The notes under the pieces are model-generated. The model made no database searches, was not told the origin of the DNA, and saw nothing but the letters and a program-made list of their open reading frames with translations. A stretch of DNA of 63,287 bases, counting the filler, from Octopus bimaculoides (taxonomy: Eukaryota): NCBI RefSeq assembly GCF_001194135.2. It is 6 parts of 6 records of this genome, joined end to end, with 100 filler letters (N's around TTAATTAATTAA, not from the genome) between each part and the next. Parts side by side here need not be neighbours in the genome. Positions count along the whole stretch, not along the records: positions 7,853 to 33,001 come from NC_068983.1; positions 33,102 to 50,146 come from NC_068982.1; 4 more parts are not named here. The stretch is one strand, 5' to 3'. Numbering within the stretch: position 1 is the first letter of the stretch; each line of letters begins with the position of its first letter. Made by a program: the position numbers and the translations under genes. Shown piece by piece: positions 25,800-36,276 of the stretch.

Positions 25800-26380
25800 A
25801 GAGAAAGAGAAAGGGAGAGAGAGAGAAAGGGAGAGAGAGAAAGGGAGAGACAGAGAGAAAGGGAGAGACAGAGAGAAAGGGAGAGAGAGAGAGAAAGGGA
25901 GAGAGAGAGAAAGGAAGAGAGAGAGAGAAAGGGAGAGACAGAGAGAAAGGAAGAGACAGAGAGAAAGGGAGAGAGAGAGAAAGGAAAAGAGAGAGAAAAA
26001 GGGAGAGACGGAGAGAAAGGGAGAGACAGAGAGAAAGGGATAGAGAGAGAAAGGGAGAGACGGAGAGAAAGGGAGAGACAGAGAGAAAGGAAGTGAGAGA
26101 GAAAGGGAGAGAGAGAGAAAGGAAGAGAGAGAGAAATGGAGAGACAGAGAGAAAGGGAGAGACAGAGAGAAAGGGAGAGACAGAGAAAGTAAGAGAGAGA
26201 GAGAGAAAGGGAGAGACGGACAGAAAGGGAGAGACAGAGAGAAAGGGAGAGAGAGAAAGGGAGAGAGAGAGAAAGGAAGAGAGAGAGAGAAAGGGAGAGA
26301 CAGAGAGAAAGGGAGAGACAGAGAGAAAGGGAGAGACAGAGAAAGGGAGAGTGAAAGAGAGGAAGAGAGAAAGAGAGAGA
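25800..26380. repeat. GA-rich minisatellite, unit about 16 bp (gagaaagggagagaca)
   Basis: Seen directly. Confidence 0.9.
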
Positions 26381-26940
26381 TAGGGGCTATTTCCTTAGTC
26401 ATTGCATAGTGATCGCCATAATCTTTAAGCTTATATAAAAATACCATTATCATTATTTCTAAATCTCTCAAAGAGAGATATTCAATAACGGTTCTTCAAA
26501 GTAATGATTATTTGCCAACATAATGTGGCAGTCCTGGTTGGGACGATTATTACTGTTGTTGCTGTTTAGCCCCAGGAAATATCGTTTCCAGCTGGCTATA
26601 CAACACAATATCTGTGTCCTTATATGTTCGAACAGGGAGTCCAGTTCTCCCGTCTAGCGCAAAGCAACATCTGCGGACCGGTTTTGGGGTTATTACCCTT
26701 TATCAACACAGAGTAGCTGCTTGGCATTGTTGACTCATTTTACTTAGCATATACATGCTCACACAAGACCCGCATTAGACTCCTCGCTCGTATTATTATC
26801 GAACCGAGAGTCTAACTACGGTCCTCCCTTAGTGCTTACATAGCTTTACCTGCCACGTCGGGTGTTCTGGATGCCAATATCTCTCTTATAATATATATAT
26901 ATAAAGACAAAGGAGGCAGTCAGAATTTTGGATAATTCTG

Positions 26941-26981
26941 TATTTAGCGCTTTCGTCCATTCGTTGGGACTCTTCAGAATA
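26941..26981 (-). ncRNA. Minimal type I hammerhead ribozyme (Penelope-type) with intact core
   Basis: Minus: tatt-CTGAAGA-GTCC-caacgaat-GGAC-GAAA-GCGC-TA-aata. Core intact, 4-bp stem II, palindromic stem III AGCGCT, UA cleavage site, stem I tatt/aata. Confidence 0.75.
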
Positions 26982-27201
26982 AATATTAGAGGTCATTACT
27001 TTTTATACGGATTGTAAAGAATACAAAAGGAGAAAGTGAGAGGGGGAAGGAAGAGGAGAGAGGAGGAGAGGGGGGAGATAGAGAGAATAGAGAAAAGAAA
27101 AGAAAGCAGGAAGGAAGAAAGAATGTATTTGGGGATGGTTTGGTATTCACAGGCGGTTGGTGCTAATGACATTTCAAGAAGTATTTTGGTTTTTAAGAGC
27201 T

Positions 27202-27810
27202 GCAGGTGTGATTGTGTGGTAAGGCGGGGAGCTGGCAGAAACGTTAGCACGCCGGGCGAAATGCTTAGCGGTATTTCGTCTGCCGCTACGTTCTGAGTTC
27301 AAATTCCGCCGAGGTCGACTTTGCCTTTCATCCTTTCGGGGTCGATAAATTAAGTACCAGTTGCACTGGGGTCGATGTAATCGACTTAATCCCTTTGTCT
27401 GTCCTTGTTTGTCCCGTCTATGTTTAGCCTCTTGTGGGCAATAAGAAACTTGCTTCCTAACCACATGGTTCCGGGTTCAGTCCTACTGTGTTGCACCTTG
27501 GGCAAGTGTCTTCTGCTATAGCCTCGTGCCGACCAAAACCTTGCAAGTGGATTTGGCTGACTGAAAGAAGCCCGTCGTGTATATGTATGTGTGTATGTGT
27601 GTGCATGTGTGTATTTTCGGTGTGTGTATGTACATATTTTTGTGTCTGTGTTTGACAACCAATGTTGGTGTGCTTACGTCCCCGCAAGTTAGCGGTTTGG
27701 CAAAAAAAAAAAAACGATAGAATAAGTACAAAGAATAATAATTGATTTGTTCAACTAAAGGCGGTGCTCCAGCATGGCCACAGTCAAATGACTGAAACGA
27801 GTAAAAGAAA
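27202..27810 (+). mobile_element. SINE family B interrupted by a nested family C SINE
   Basis: Head gcaggtgtgattgtgtggtaag (27202-27222); body resumes cttgcttcctaaccacatgg at 27450; tail at about 27770-27810. Confidence 0.8.
27223..27449 (+). mobile_element. tRNA-derived CORE-like SINE (family C)
   Basis: gagctggcagaaacgttagc head, gagttcaaattcc B-box, gcctttcatcctttcggggtcgataaattaagtacc core, aataagaaa end. Confidence 0.85.
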
Positions 27811-27847
27811 AAGAAATATATATATATACACATATATGTATACATAT

Positions 27848-27916
<69 letters not shown>

Positions 27917-28414
27917 AATACATACATATATACATTTATATATATATACACGCCTGTGTACACACATGTACACACACACCTAATATATACATGAATGCGC
28001 ACAGGTGAACAGTCTGTTTAATTCTAACAGGAATAACCACTTCTATCGATTATTTTTACCAATCATCTTACAGTTCTTCGACCTAAGCAGGGCACCGAAA
28101 CCTAGACAAGAATTATCAGACTATAAATGAAAGCATTCTCTTCTACCAAAATCGCTTGGCACCACCATTTGTTCTCATCTATAATACTGTTTGTTCTTTC
28201 TTATCTTTAAATAGAATTGCTAAAAACAAATGGTCAAGAAAAAATGTTTATTTTTTGGTGTCGTTAAGAAGCTAGCTTGGCAATTACAAGGCTTCGGGTT
28301 CAGTCCCGCTACGAGGCCCCTAGGACAAGTGCTATTCTAGGACTTATAGCTCCAGGCCCCCTATGCTTTGTGAGGGACTTTTGCAGATGGAATATCTGTA
28401 GAAGTCCGCAGGAT

Positions 28415-28415
28415 C

Positions 28416-28450
<35 letters not shown>

Positions 28451-28609
28451 GTCTGTCTGTCTGTCTCTCTGTCTCTCTGTCTATTTGTCTATATACATGT
28501 TGGTCATTCTGTTTATCTATCTGTCTGTCTATCTGCTTGTCTGCCCGTCTGTCAGTCTGTCTGTCTATCTCTCTGTATATCTCTGTCTATCTATGTACCT
28601 TACCTATCA

Positions 28610-28669
<60 letters not shown>

Positions 28670-28728
28670 GTGTGTCTGTCTGTGTGTCTGTCTCTCTATA
28701 CGTCTGTTTATCTATCTGTCTATCTATC
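28415..28728. repeat. (CTAT)n/(CTGT)n array following a diverged SINE head (28262-28415)
   Basis: Seen directly. Confidence 0.9.
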
Positions 28729-30100
28729 AACTCCAAAGGAAGAAGAGAAAGTCAAAAGGACTCAAACCCCACCCCCAAAAACCCATACACCACATCCCAA
28801 CTGTCACCAACCAGCACCAACACCAAGAACAAAATCAACATACTCAGAAATAGACCTCAACACCCTTCCCCTCCCACCTGATTCCTCTGACATGTCGTCA
28901 GATGAAGACGACAAAGAGGATTGGTAAGTGGCCACAGGGGGGGAGGAGAAAAGGGGGGGAGAATAGAGAAGCAGACAAACAAAGCAGGGAAGTTTACCAC
29001 TCCCGAAACCAAAACACCCGCAGAAAACAAACATACAAACACCAAATGGCCCCACAATGTTGACAGCTATAAACTCTAACAATCCAGACCCGATGGAATA
29101 CATTAGGTCAAACACCAACATAACAGAAAATGATACCAAAACAAATAATCACCCATGCACACCACCACAACACATTAAAATCATACGCAACACAGAACAC
29201 ACACAGCACACTGAAATCTCTCTACCCGGATGCAGTAGGGAGATTTCAAAAATACGTCTCTAAAAAACTGTACGAAATCCTTTCGGGAGAAGACTGTGAG
29301 GTGAAAGACAAACAACTTTCGGACAGTAANNNNNNNNNNNNNNNNNNNNNNNNNNNNNNNNNNNNNNNNNNNNNNNNNNNNNNNNNNNNNNNNNNNNNNN
29401 NNNNNNNNNNNNNNNNNNNNNNNNNNNNNNNNNNNNNNNNNNNNNNNNNNNNNNNNNNNNNNNNNNNNNNNNNNNNNNNNNNNNNNNNNNNNNNNGGAGT
29501 GGGTGTAAATGCCTCAAAAACCTGCTCAGATGTTTCCAACTGTCTGGCAGGTACCGACTGGACCACCCGAATGTTCCAATGTGAACATGAAGCAACCGCA
29601 TCGGGTCGTCCAGATCGTATTTAGATAGAGTATTCTGTAGGACAGTGGATAGGGATAGTGTAGGTTGTCCACAATTCCATAGAGTCAGCTACACAGATCA
29701 CAAATTTGTGACTTGTACACTTGACTTAAATAAGGCACATAGGCAGGGTCCTGGTTACTGGAAGCTGAACGCGTCGTTCACGACACGCCAGGATTACAGG
29801 GACCGGATTAACACATTAGATAAGAGATCACTGACGGGCGCCATCGTCAACAATAGATGGTGGTATGCCCTAAAGAAAGCAATCAAAGCAGAATCGCTTA
29901 GCATTAGACAGAAATAGAATAGAGGGAAACCTAGTTAAGAAATTAGAAGAGGCACTTAGAACTGGCATCGCGTCCAGCGTACTGGCGGCGAGGTTGACCC
30001 TCGACCAACACTTCAACGCCAAACACGAAGGATGCGTTGTCAGAGCTAGGATGCGTGCTCTGAGGAACGAAGGACTTGGAGCCGCCCGAGAGGCCCGAGT
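28729..30100 (+). mobile_element. Tx1/L1-clade LINE: probable ORF1 N-terminus, gap, then endonuclease end and linker; 3' part missing
   Basis: 29495-30100 reads SYLDRVF...YTDHKFV...GYWKLNAS...WWYALKKAIK...VVRARMRALRNEG, homologous to 6760-7370 (minus). 28729-29329 is a Pro/Thr/Lys-rich broken reading frame assigned to ORF1 by position only. Confidence 0.75.
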
Positions 30101-30629
30101 CAATGAGTCCCTGAAGATTGACACTACTGAGTCGATGAGTCACCGATGCTTTGTTAGTACTGTGCTTGGAGTGTAGATGTGCGGTTGTGTACTAAGTTCA
30201 CATATTCGATTCACCTTCATAATGCTAAGAAACAGTATAAACATCGCAAATAACTTTTGCTATATATATATGAAAAATATGTAAAATATTAAGACAATTC
30301 TAATTGATAAATACAAATTCTTATTGAAACAAAACACGTGGGTGAAGTAAATCTCGTGGTGTGAAGAATCAACACAACATGCAGGTGAAGTGAAGCACAG
30401 CACAACGTGCGGTTGTCATGGTAACAAGCTATTAATGCCTCGCTGTCTGTTGATTGGCTAAAATAACCCAAATTTACCAACTTTTATTCCAAATAACATC
30501 AGATTCTTTAATCTACGAGATAGAGTAATTGGTTGATCGTAATTAAAATTCATAGTTGCATCGATACACCAAAATTGAAAGCAACTTGAGCAAAATTATG
30601 GGGACCTCATTTTGCGAATGAAAATGACT

Positions 30630-30910
30630 AGATCCTTCTCTTTTTCACTGATCTTTAGCCTTATGCTAACATCCACTGGGCAGCTGATTTCCACAACTGT
30701 ACGCAGTTTCTCTTCTCTATCCTTAATCATTATATCAGGTCTGTTGTGCTTACATTTTATTGAGGTCTTCACTGGGACATTCCACCAGTATTCTTTTTTA
30801 TTATGAGTGACTATGGCTTCCACCATATTGTGGGTTCTTATTTCTTTGTCCCTAGGGTTATCCTTTCGATGGATTTCGTTATACAGTGTCCTTGCTATAT
30901 CATGCCTCAT
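30630..30910 (-). mobile_element. R4/Dong-like non-LTR element, restriction-like endonuclease fragment
   Basis: RHDIARTLYNEIH...WWNVPVKTSIKCKHNRPDIMIKDREEK...VVEISCPVDVSIRLKISEKEK shows the RHD motif and a PD-(D/E)xK RLE motif. Confidence 0.8.
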
Positions 30911-32839
30911 CGATGTGTATATTTGTATGTATGTGAGTATGGCTTTATTCAGTTTTATTTCAAGATTTCTTGCCAACAGAGAAAGAACCGGTTTGTAACC
31001 TAGATCCAAGGTTCCTTCATTGGAATTTTAGCATCAACAATAGGGTATTTTTGTTTGTTTGTGTGTATGTATGTTATCAATCAGTTTCCTTTCTGCATTT
31101 CTTGTCAATAGAGAAAGAGTTGGACTCTAACATAGATTCAAAGCTCCTTCATTGGAACTTTTATCAACATCATCTAGGTATTTGTGCATATGTGTGTGTG
31201 TGCAGTATTTGGTGTTAGTGCATGCGCAGATTTGTATGTTTGTTTTATGAATGCGTTTTTATGTATATATTTTCATGTCATGGCGTATGCATATGTATTT
31301 ATGCGCAGATTTGTATGTTTGTTTTATGGATGCGTATTTATATGTATATAGTTTCATGTCTAGATGCGTGCATATGTATTTATATGCTAGATTTCTGGAA
31401 AGTTTTACATATCTTTACAGTTCCATTGATGGCTGGAATCTGTAGTCTTCTAATCAGCCTTTTTCTTTCAGGTTTTGAGAACCCTAATTTTTCCAGGTTT
31501 TTGTTGAGGCAGTTCGTTTATGTATGTATATATGTGTGTATATATGCCAGAAATGATAAAGTAAAGTGATATGATAAGCAGTGAGTGGTACGTATAAAAA
31601 AAAAGACTCCTTTCCCGTTAATGATAAAGGCTGGAAGGTTAGCAGGATGGATGGATGGACGGTGAGGTATTTATTATAACAAAGCAGAGACACAGAATCA
31701 CACACAGAGACCCATCTTTCACTGTCTCCGGTTAGTGGTATGTTTGAATACATAAACAACAGCCTCAGTTGATTGCTGGAGATATTAACCTACGTTCAGC
31801 GGTGTAGCCAATCCCTATTACATTCCTGTACTCCTTTTGCTTGTATTTTAATGGGCCGACTTTTATACATACGTACGTGTGCGTATATATTCATATAAAC
31901 GCTTATATATAGATGTAAGTACGTTTGTTTTCCTTCAAGCTGTGAATGACTCGGTGGTAGGTGGAGCCGAGTAGACGATGGGGGAGGAAGAAGTAATAAG
32001 AGAAAGATAGTGAGAGAGGGAGGTGGAGTCGACGTTTGGGGATTGATAAGAGGGAGAGCAGGAGGTAAAGCAAGGCGAGGGCGAAGAGTTAAGAAAGAAA
32101 ACAATACAATACAAATTACTTTGGACGAAGGGGAGGTGCAGAGTAATAGTGAGTGTGAGTGAGTATCAGAACAACTGGGGGGGGGGACAGTTTGAGAGCT
32201 GTTAAGAGGGAGAGTGAGAGATAAAGCAAAGGCAAAGGGTTGGGGAGAAAGAACTAAGATTTGAGAGAGAGAGAGAGAGAACTGATAATAATAGTGAGAG
32301 TGAGTGAAAGAGTATTACAAAGAGAGACGGAGGGACGTAAGTTTAAGGTCTACAGGAGGGACAGTGGGAGGTAAAGCAAAGCCAAAGGCGAAGAGCAAAA
32401 AGAAAACAAACATTACGTGTTACCTTGAACGAAGGGGAGGAAGAACTTATCGAGAGAGTAGGAAGCAAAGTGGTAGAAAGAGTGAGTGAACAAGGAATAT
32501 CAAACAGAGACAGAGAGAGGGGGGACTTAGTTTACAAGTTGTTAAGAGGAAAAGTGGGAGGTAAAGGCAAAGATTAAAAAAAAACAATACAAATTATCTT
32601 GGTTTGCACTAACGACCGCGGTCGAAAGGCGCCCTAAAAAAATTAAACCTTAGTTTTGTTTGTCCCTTATCTTCCCTTAACAGAATGATATATCCCACCA
32701 TCCCATCCTCTCCCTGCTATTATTCCCAGGGGTGTGAAAGGGCCTTTTATTTATTTATTTAATTTATCTAGCATCTGTGGTCATCGTTGACCTTTACATA
32801 GACTGCGGCCATGCTGGGGCACAACCTTGAACAGTTTAT

Positions 32840-33001
32840 AGGAGTGGCTTGCTTCCCAACCACATGGTTCTGGGTTCAGTCCCACTGCGTGGCACCTTCG
32901 GCAAGTGTCTTCTACTATATCCTCGGGCAGAGCAAAGCCTTGTAAGTGGATTTCGTAGACAGAAACTAAAAGAAGGCCGTCGTATATATATATATATATA
33001 T
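32840..33001 (+). mobile_element. SINE family B, 5' half
   Basis: ttgcttcccaaccacatggttctgggttcagtcc...gaaggccgtcgtatata; runs into a gap. Confidence 0.85.
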
Positions 33002-33045
33002 NNNNNNNNNNNNNNNNNNNNNNNNNNNNNNNNNNNNNNNNNNNN

Positions 33046-33057
33046 TTAATTAATTAA
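33046..33057. other. Artificial scaffold linker TTAATTAATTAA
   Basis: 44N-12-44N layout. Confidence 0.95.
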
Positions 33058-33101
33058 NNNNNNNNNNNNNNNNNNNNNNNNNNNNNNNNNNNNNNNNNNN
33101 N

Positions 33102-33206
33102 GGACAACTGTATGTTGGCTGCTCAAGAGTGGGCAGCAAAAAAAACTTATTTGTATATGCTCCACAAGGGAAAACAAGGAACATTGTTTACAACGAGGTG
33201 TTATAA
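33102..33206 (+). mobile_element. Helitron RepHel (PIF1-like helicase) C-terminus
   Basis: GQLYVGCSRVGSKKNLFVYAPQGKTRNIVYNEVL* matches the GQLYVAxSRV...TxNIVYxEVL end of Helitron helicases. Confidence 0.85.
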
Positions 33207-33325
33207 TCACAACAGCAAGAAAGTATGTACATGATCACCTTCTTTTACGAAACTTCATTGACTTTCATATATTTATATTGATATACATATATATACGTGT
33301 GTTTGGGTGCGTGTGTGTATATACA

Positions 33326-33416
33326 TCTCTATATATAAAGATGATGCGTAGTCTAGACGGTGTTTTTAGATTTCATTATTCTCTTTAACCCGGGCAACGC
33401 CGGGTATTTCTTCTAG
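33326..33416 (+). mobile_element. Mini-Helitron or Helitron 3' terminus
   Basis: A|TCTCTATATATAAAG start, hairpin acccgg-gcaacg-ccgggt (33388-33405), CTAG|T end. Confidence 0.7.
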
Positions 33417-34352
33417 TCTCTATTTATTTCCTTATCTTTAATTTATCTTCTTAATTCTTCATCTTCTTAGTACTGCCTTACCAATAAGCTCCACTAAGTT
33501 TCACTTATTTATCAGTTTATCATTTAACCAAACCCTGATTTCATCGTTCTAAAGCTCATTAACATATCATCACTTCTCTGTGCTTTTATTCTTTTATTCT
33601 TTTATCTTATTATTTTGTCATTTAACACTTCAACTACCCGACCACTTCTCATCCACAGAATTCGCTAATTTGCCAAGAAACATCAGTTATATCAATTGTT
33701 TACCTATAAGAGTTTTTATTGTGACAATCTTCAATACAGCCACTCAATCCTTTGATCCTAGAATATTCTCCCTACAGTCAAATTGAAGACAAATTGATGA
33801 TATTTTTTAACTGTTCACTCATACCCAACCTCATTGTATCCCATGCTTTCCTCTACCACTCTTCACTCCCTCCAGCAGCATTTCATCTTTCAATCATTTT
33901 CTACTGGTCATTCACCCCACCTTAGCTACATGACTTTGTGCTTTCTACTGACTCCCAGCTCATATTTTCACCCTCACTCTAAACAGATTAATCTTGTTGG
34001 TATGTTTATATATATATATATANNNNNNNNNNTGAATGGCATATTCTTTAAAGGTATGCTTTTTTAATGTCTTAATTCTTTAATCCGTTTCCTCACCTAC
34101 TGTTGTTTTCTGGTATTTGGTGCCTTCCAGCAGTTGAATTAGGAATTCAGCTCCTATTTCTAAACAGGTTGATGTTTTTTTCTGCATCCTCATGCCTTGT
34201 GCTAACTATAAATTTTATAGCTATATAATGTTATTAGACCTGTTGAACTGCCTGTGTTACTGCTGTTAATATTATCAATTAAAAATATTCTCTGCAGATG
34301 ATATTAACAATACTAACATCTTACTTCGAGTGTAAATACTTGAATGCTTTTG

Positions 34353-34396
<44 letters not shown>

Positions 34397-34439
34397 CATA
34401 TATCAGGTTGTCCAACCTATGCCAGTATGGACATCATCA

Positions 34440-34830
34440 TCATCATCATCATTGTTTAATGTCCGCTTTCCATGTTAGCATGGGTTGGACGATTTGACTG
34501 AGGACTGGTGAACCAGATGGCTACACCAGGCTCCAATCTGATTTGGCAGAGTTTCTACAACTGGATGCCTTTCCTAACGCCAACCACTCCGAGAGTGTAG
34601 TGGGTGCTTTTACATGCCACCAGCACAAAGGCAAGTCAAGCAGTACTGGCAATGGCCATGCTAAAAATGGTGTATTTTACGTGCCATCTGCGTAGGAGCC
34701 AGTCCAGCGGCACTGGCAACGATCTCATTCGAATAACATTTCACGTGCCACTGGCACAAGTGCCAGGAACGTGGAACTGCGACACAAGTGCCAGGAAGGC
34801 GATGCTGGTAATGATCATGCTCGAACGGTG
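34440..34830 (-). mobile_element. RTE 3' UTR copy with (GAT)n tail
   Basis: Reverse complement of the 39300-39526 sequence; (CAT)n on the plus strand. Confidence 0.85.
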
Positions 34831-34881
34831 GTGCCATGGATGTTGAATGATAGATAGATAGATAGAGAGAGAGGGGGGAGG

Positions 34882-34913
<32 letters not shown>

Positions 34914-35526
34914 GCAGGCTGGATTAGACCCCTATTTACATATATTTATCAGTCTTCTCTAATGAGAGATGAGAGAATATCTGGTTATATTGTGAGAAAA
35001 CAATATAACCAAATATATAATATTTATAAATTTTCTTTTATAATCAATTGATTAATCAGATTTATCTAAATGTTTCCTCACTTAACACATAACACATCCT
35101 GACATTTAAGAATCAATCTATAGCAGTGACAGAACAGTTGAAATATCACATCAAAGCTAACATTTTAAATTTGCATGACCAAGAGAAAAGCCTTTCCTCA
35201 AGCCATTCCACTTCTGTAAATGTCAATTTGCTATGAATCTGTTTCAGAATGGGAAAAAATAATATTGAACGAAAATAAAGATACATCAAACATTGCTTCT
35301 GCTTTTAATATGGTACTGACTAAATCTAATCAGAATATTTCAATCTCAATGAAAATGTAATGAGTTATCCTGTAATTGAATAATAATAAGAATGGAAATA
35401 AATTTATGTTGGTTAGATTAAAGAGCATCATTAAAAAGAAAAGTTTGTTTCTTTGATTTTATGAAAAAGAATGCCAAAGATTCACCTAAAACTACAAAGA
35501 ACAATGTAATTGATGTTTAATTTCTT

Positions 35527-35684
35527 GTAAGAGAAGGACATTTGGGTGTAAAGAGGACATCTAGGTATAAAGAGGACATCTGGGATAAAGCGGACATCTG
35601 GGTATAAAGAGGACATCTAGGTATAAAGAGGACATCTGGGATAAAGAGGACATCTGGGTATAAAGAGCACATCTGGGTATAAAG
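35527..35684 (+). repeat. 18-19 bp minisatellite with a 56-bp higher-order unit
   Basis: Units ataaagaggacatct(a/g)gg(t); order ctaggt / ctggg / ctgggt occurs twice (35548-35603, 35604-35659). Confidence 0.9.
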
Positions 35685-36131
35685 TTTTGGGGAAAAGTGT
35701 TTTAGTATTGAATCTGGATCGTGAGACATAAATAAGAATAATAAGTAGTAAAGAACTGGTAGATTGTTGAGTGCAATGGATGGACTTGAAAAGAGGAGTT
35801 AAACAGCTTTGTTAGTTCTGAAAAGTAGATGTCATTAAAGCTAAGGTAGAAAAGATGAGGAATCAAAAGTGTGCATATGCACAGTCATGAACAGTGAGCA
35901 TGTATAGGCAAAAGAACAAGAAAGATATGACAACTCTGTGTGTTTGTGTGTGTGTGTGTGTGTGTGATTCTGTCACAAATAAATTGCACTTCATATTCAA
36001 GGTTCCAATGAAGCTATAAAGTGTTATTCAGGCACTCAACTATGAGTCCACAGCATCTTATAGCAGAAACAGCTGTAAGCCAATGAAGTTCATAAGATAA
36101 TCATTTATTTCTTTGTCATCTCTCTTTCTGT

Positions 36132-36214
36132 TATATATATATATATTGCAGGTAAAATTTTCAAATACTTCTGCTTTTGTCCTTGTAACTCCTGTAACTT
36201 TTGTTGGGGGTCTT
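36132..36214 (+). other. Near-exact duplicate of 36330-36411 ending at a 10-N gap (likely assembly overlap)
   Basis: atatattgcaggtaaaattttc...gttgggggtctt appears twice; the copies differ only in one T-run length. Confidence 0.7.
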
Positions 36215-36236
36215 NNNNNNNNNNATATATATATAT

Positions 36237-36276
<40 letters not shown>

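Noticed and set aside
25739-26471. RE/RK-rich 214-aa ORF
   Set aside because: It is a GA-rich minisatellite that lacks stop codons by composition.
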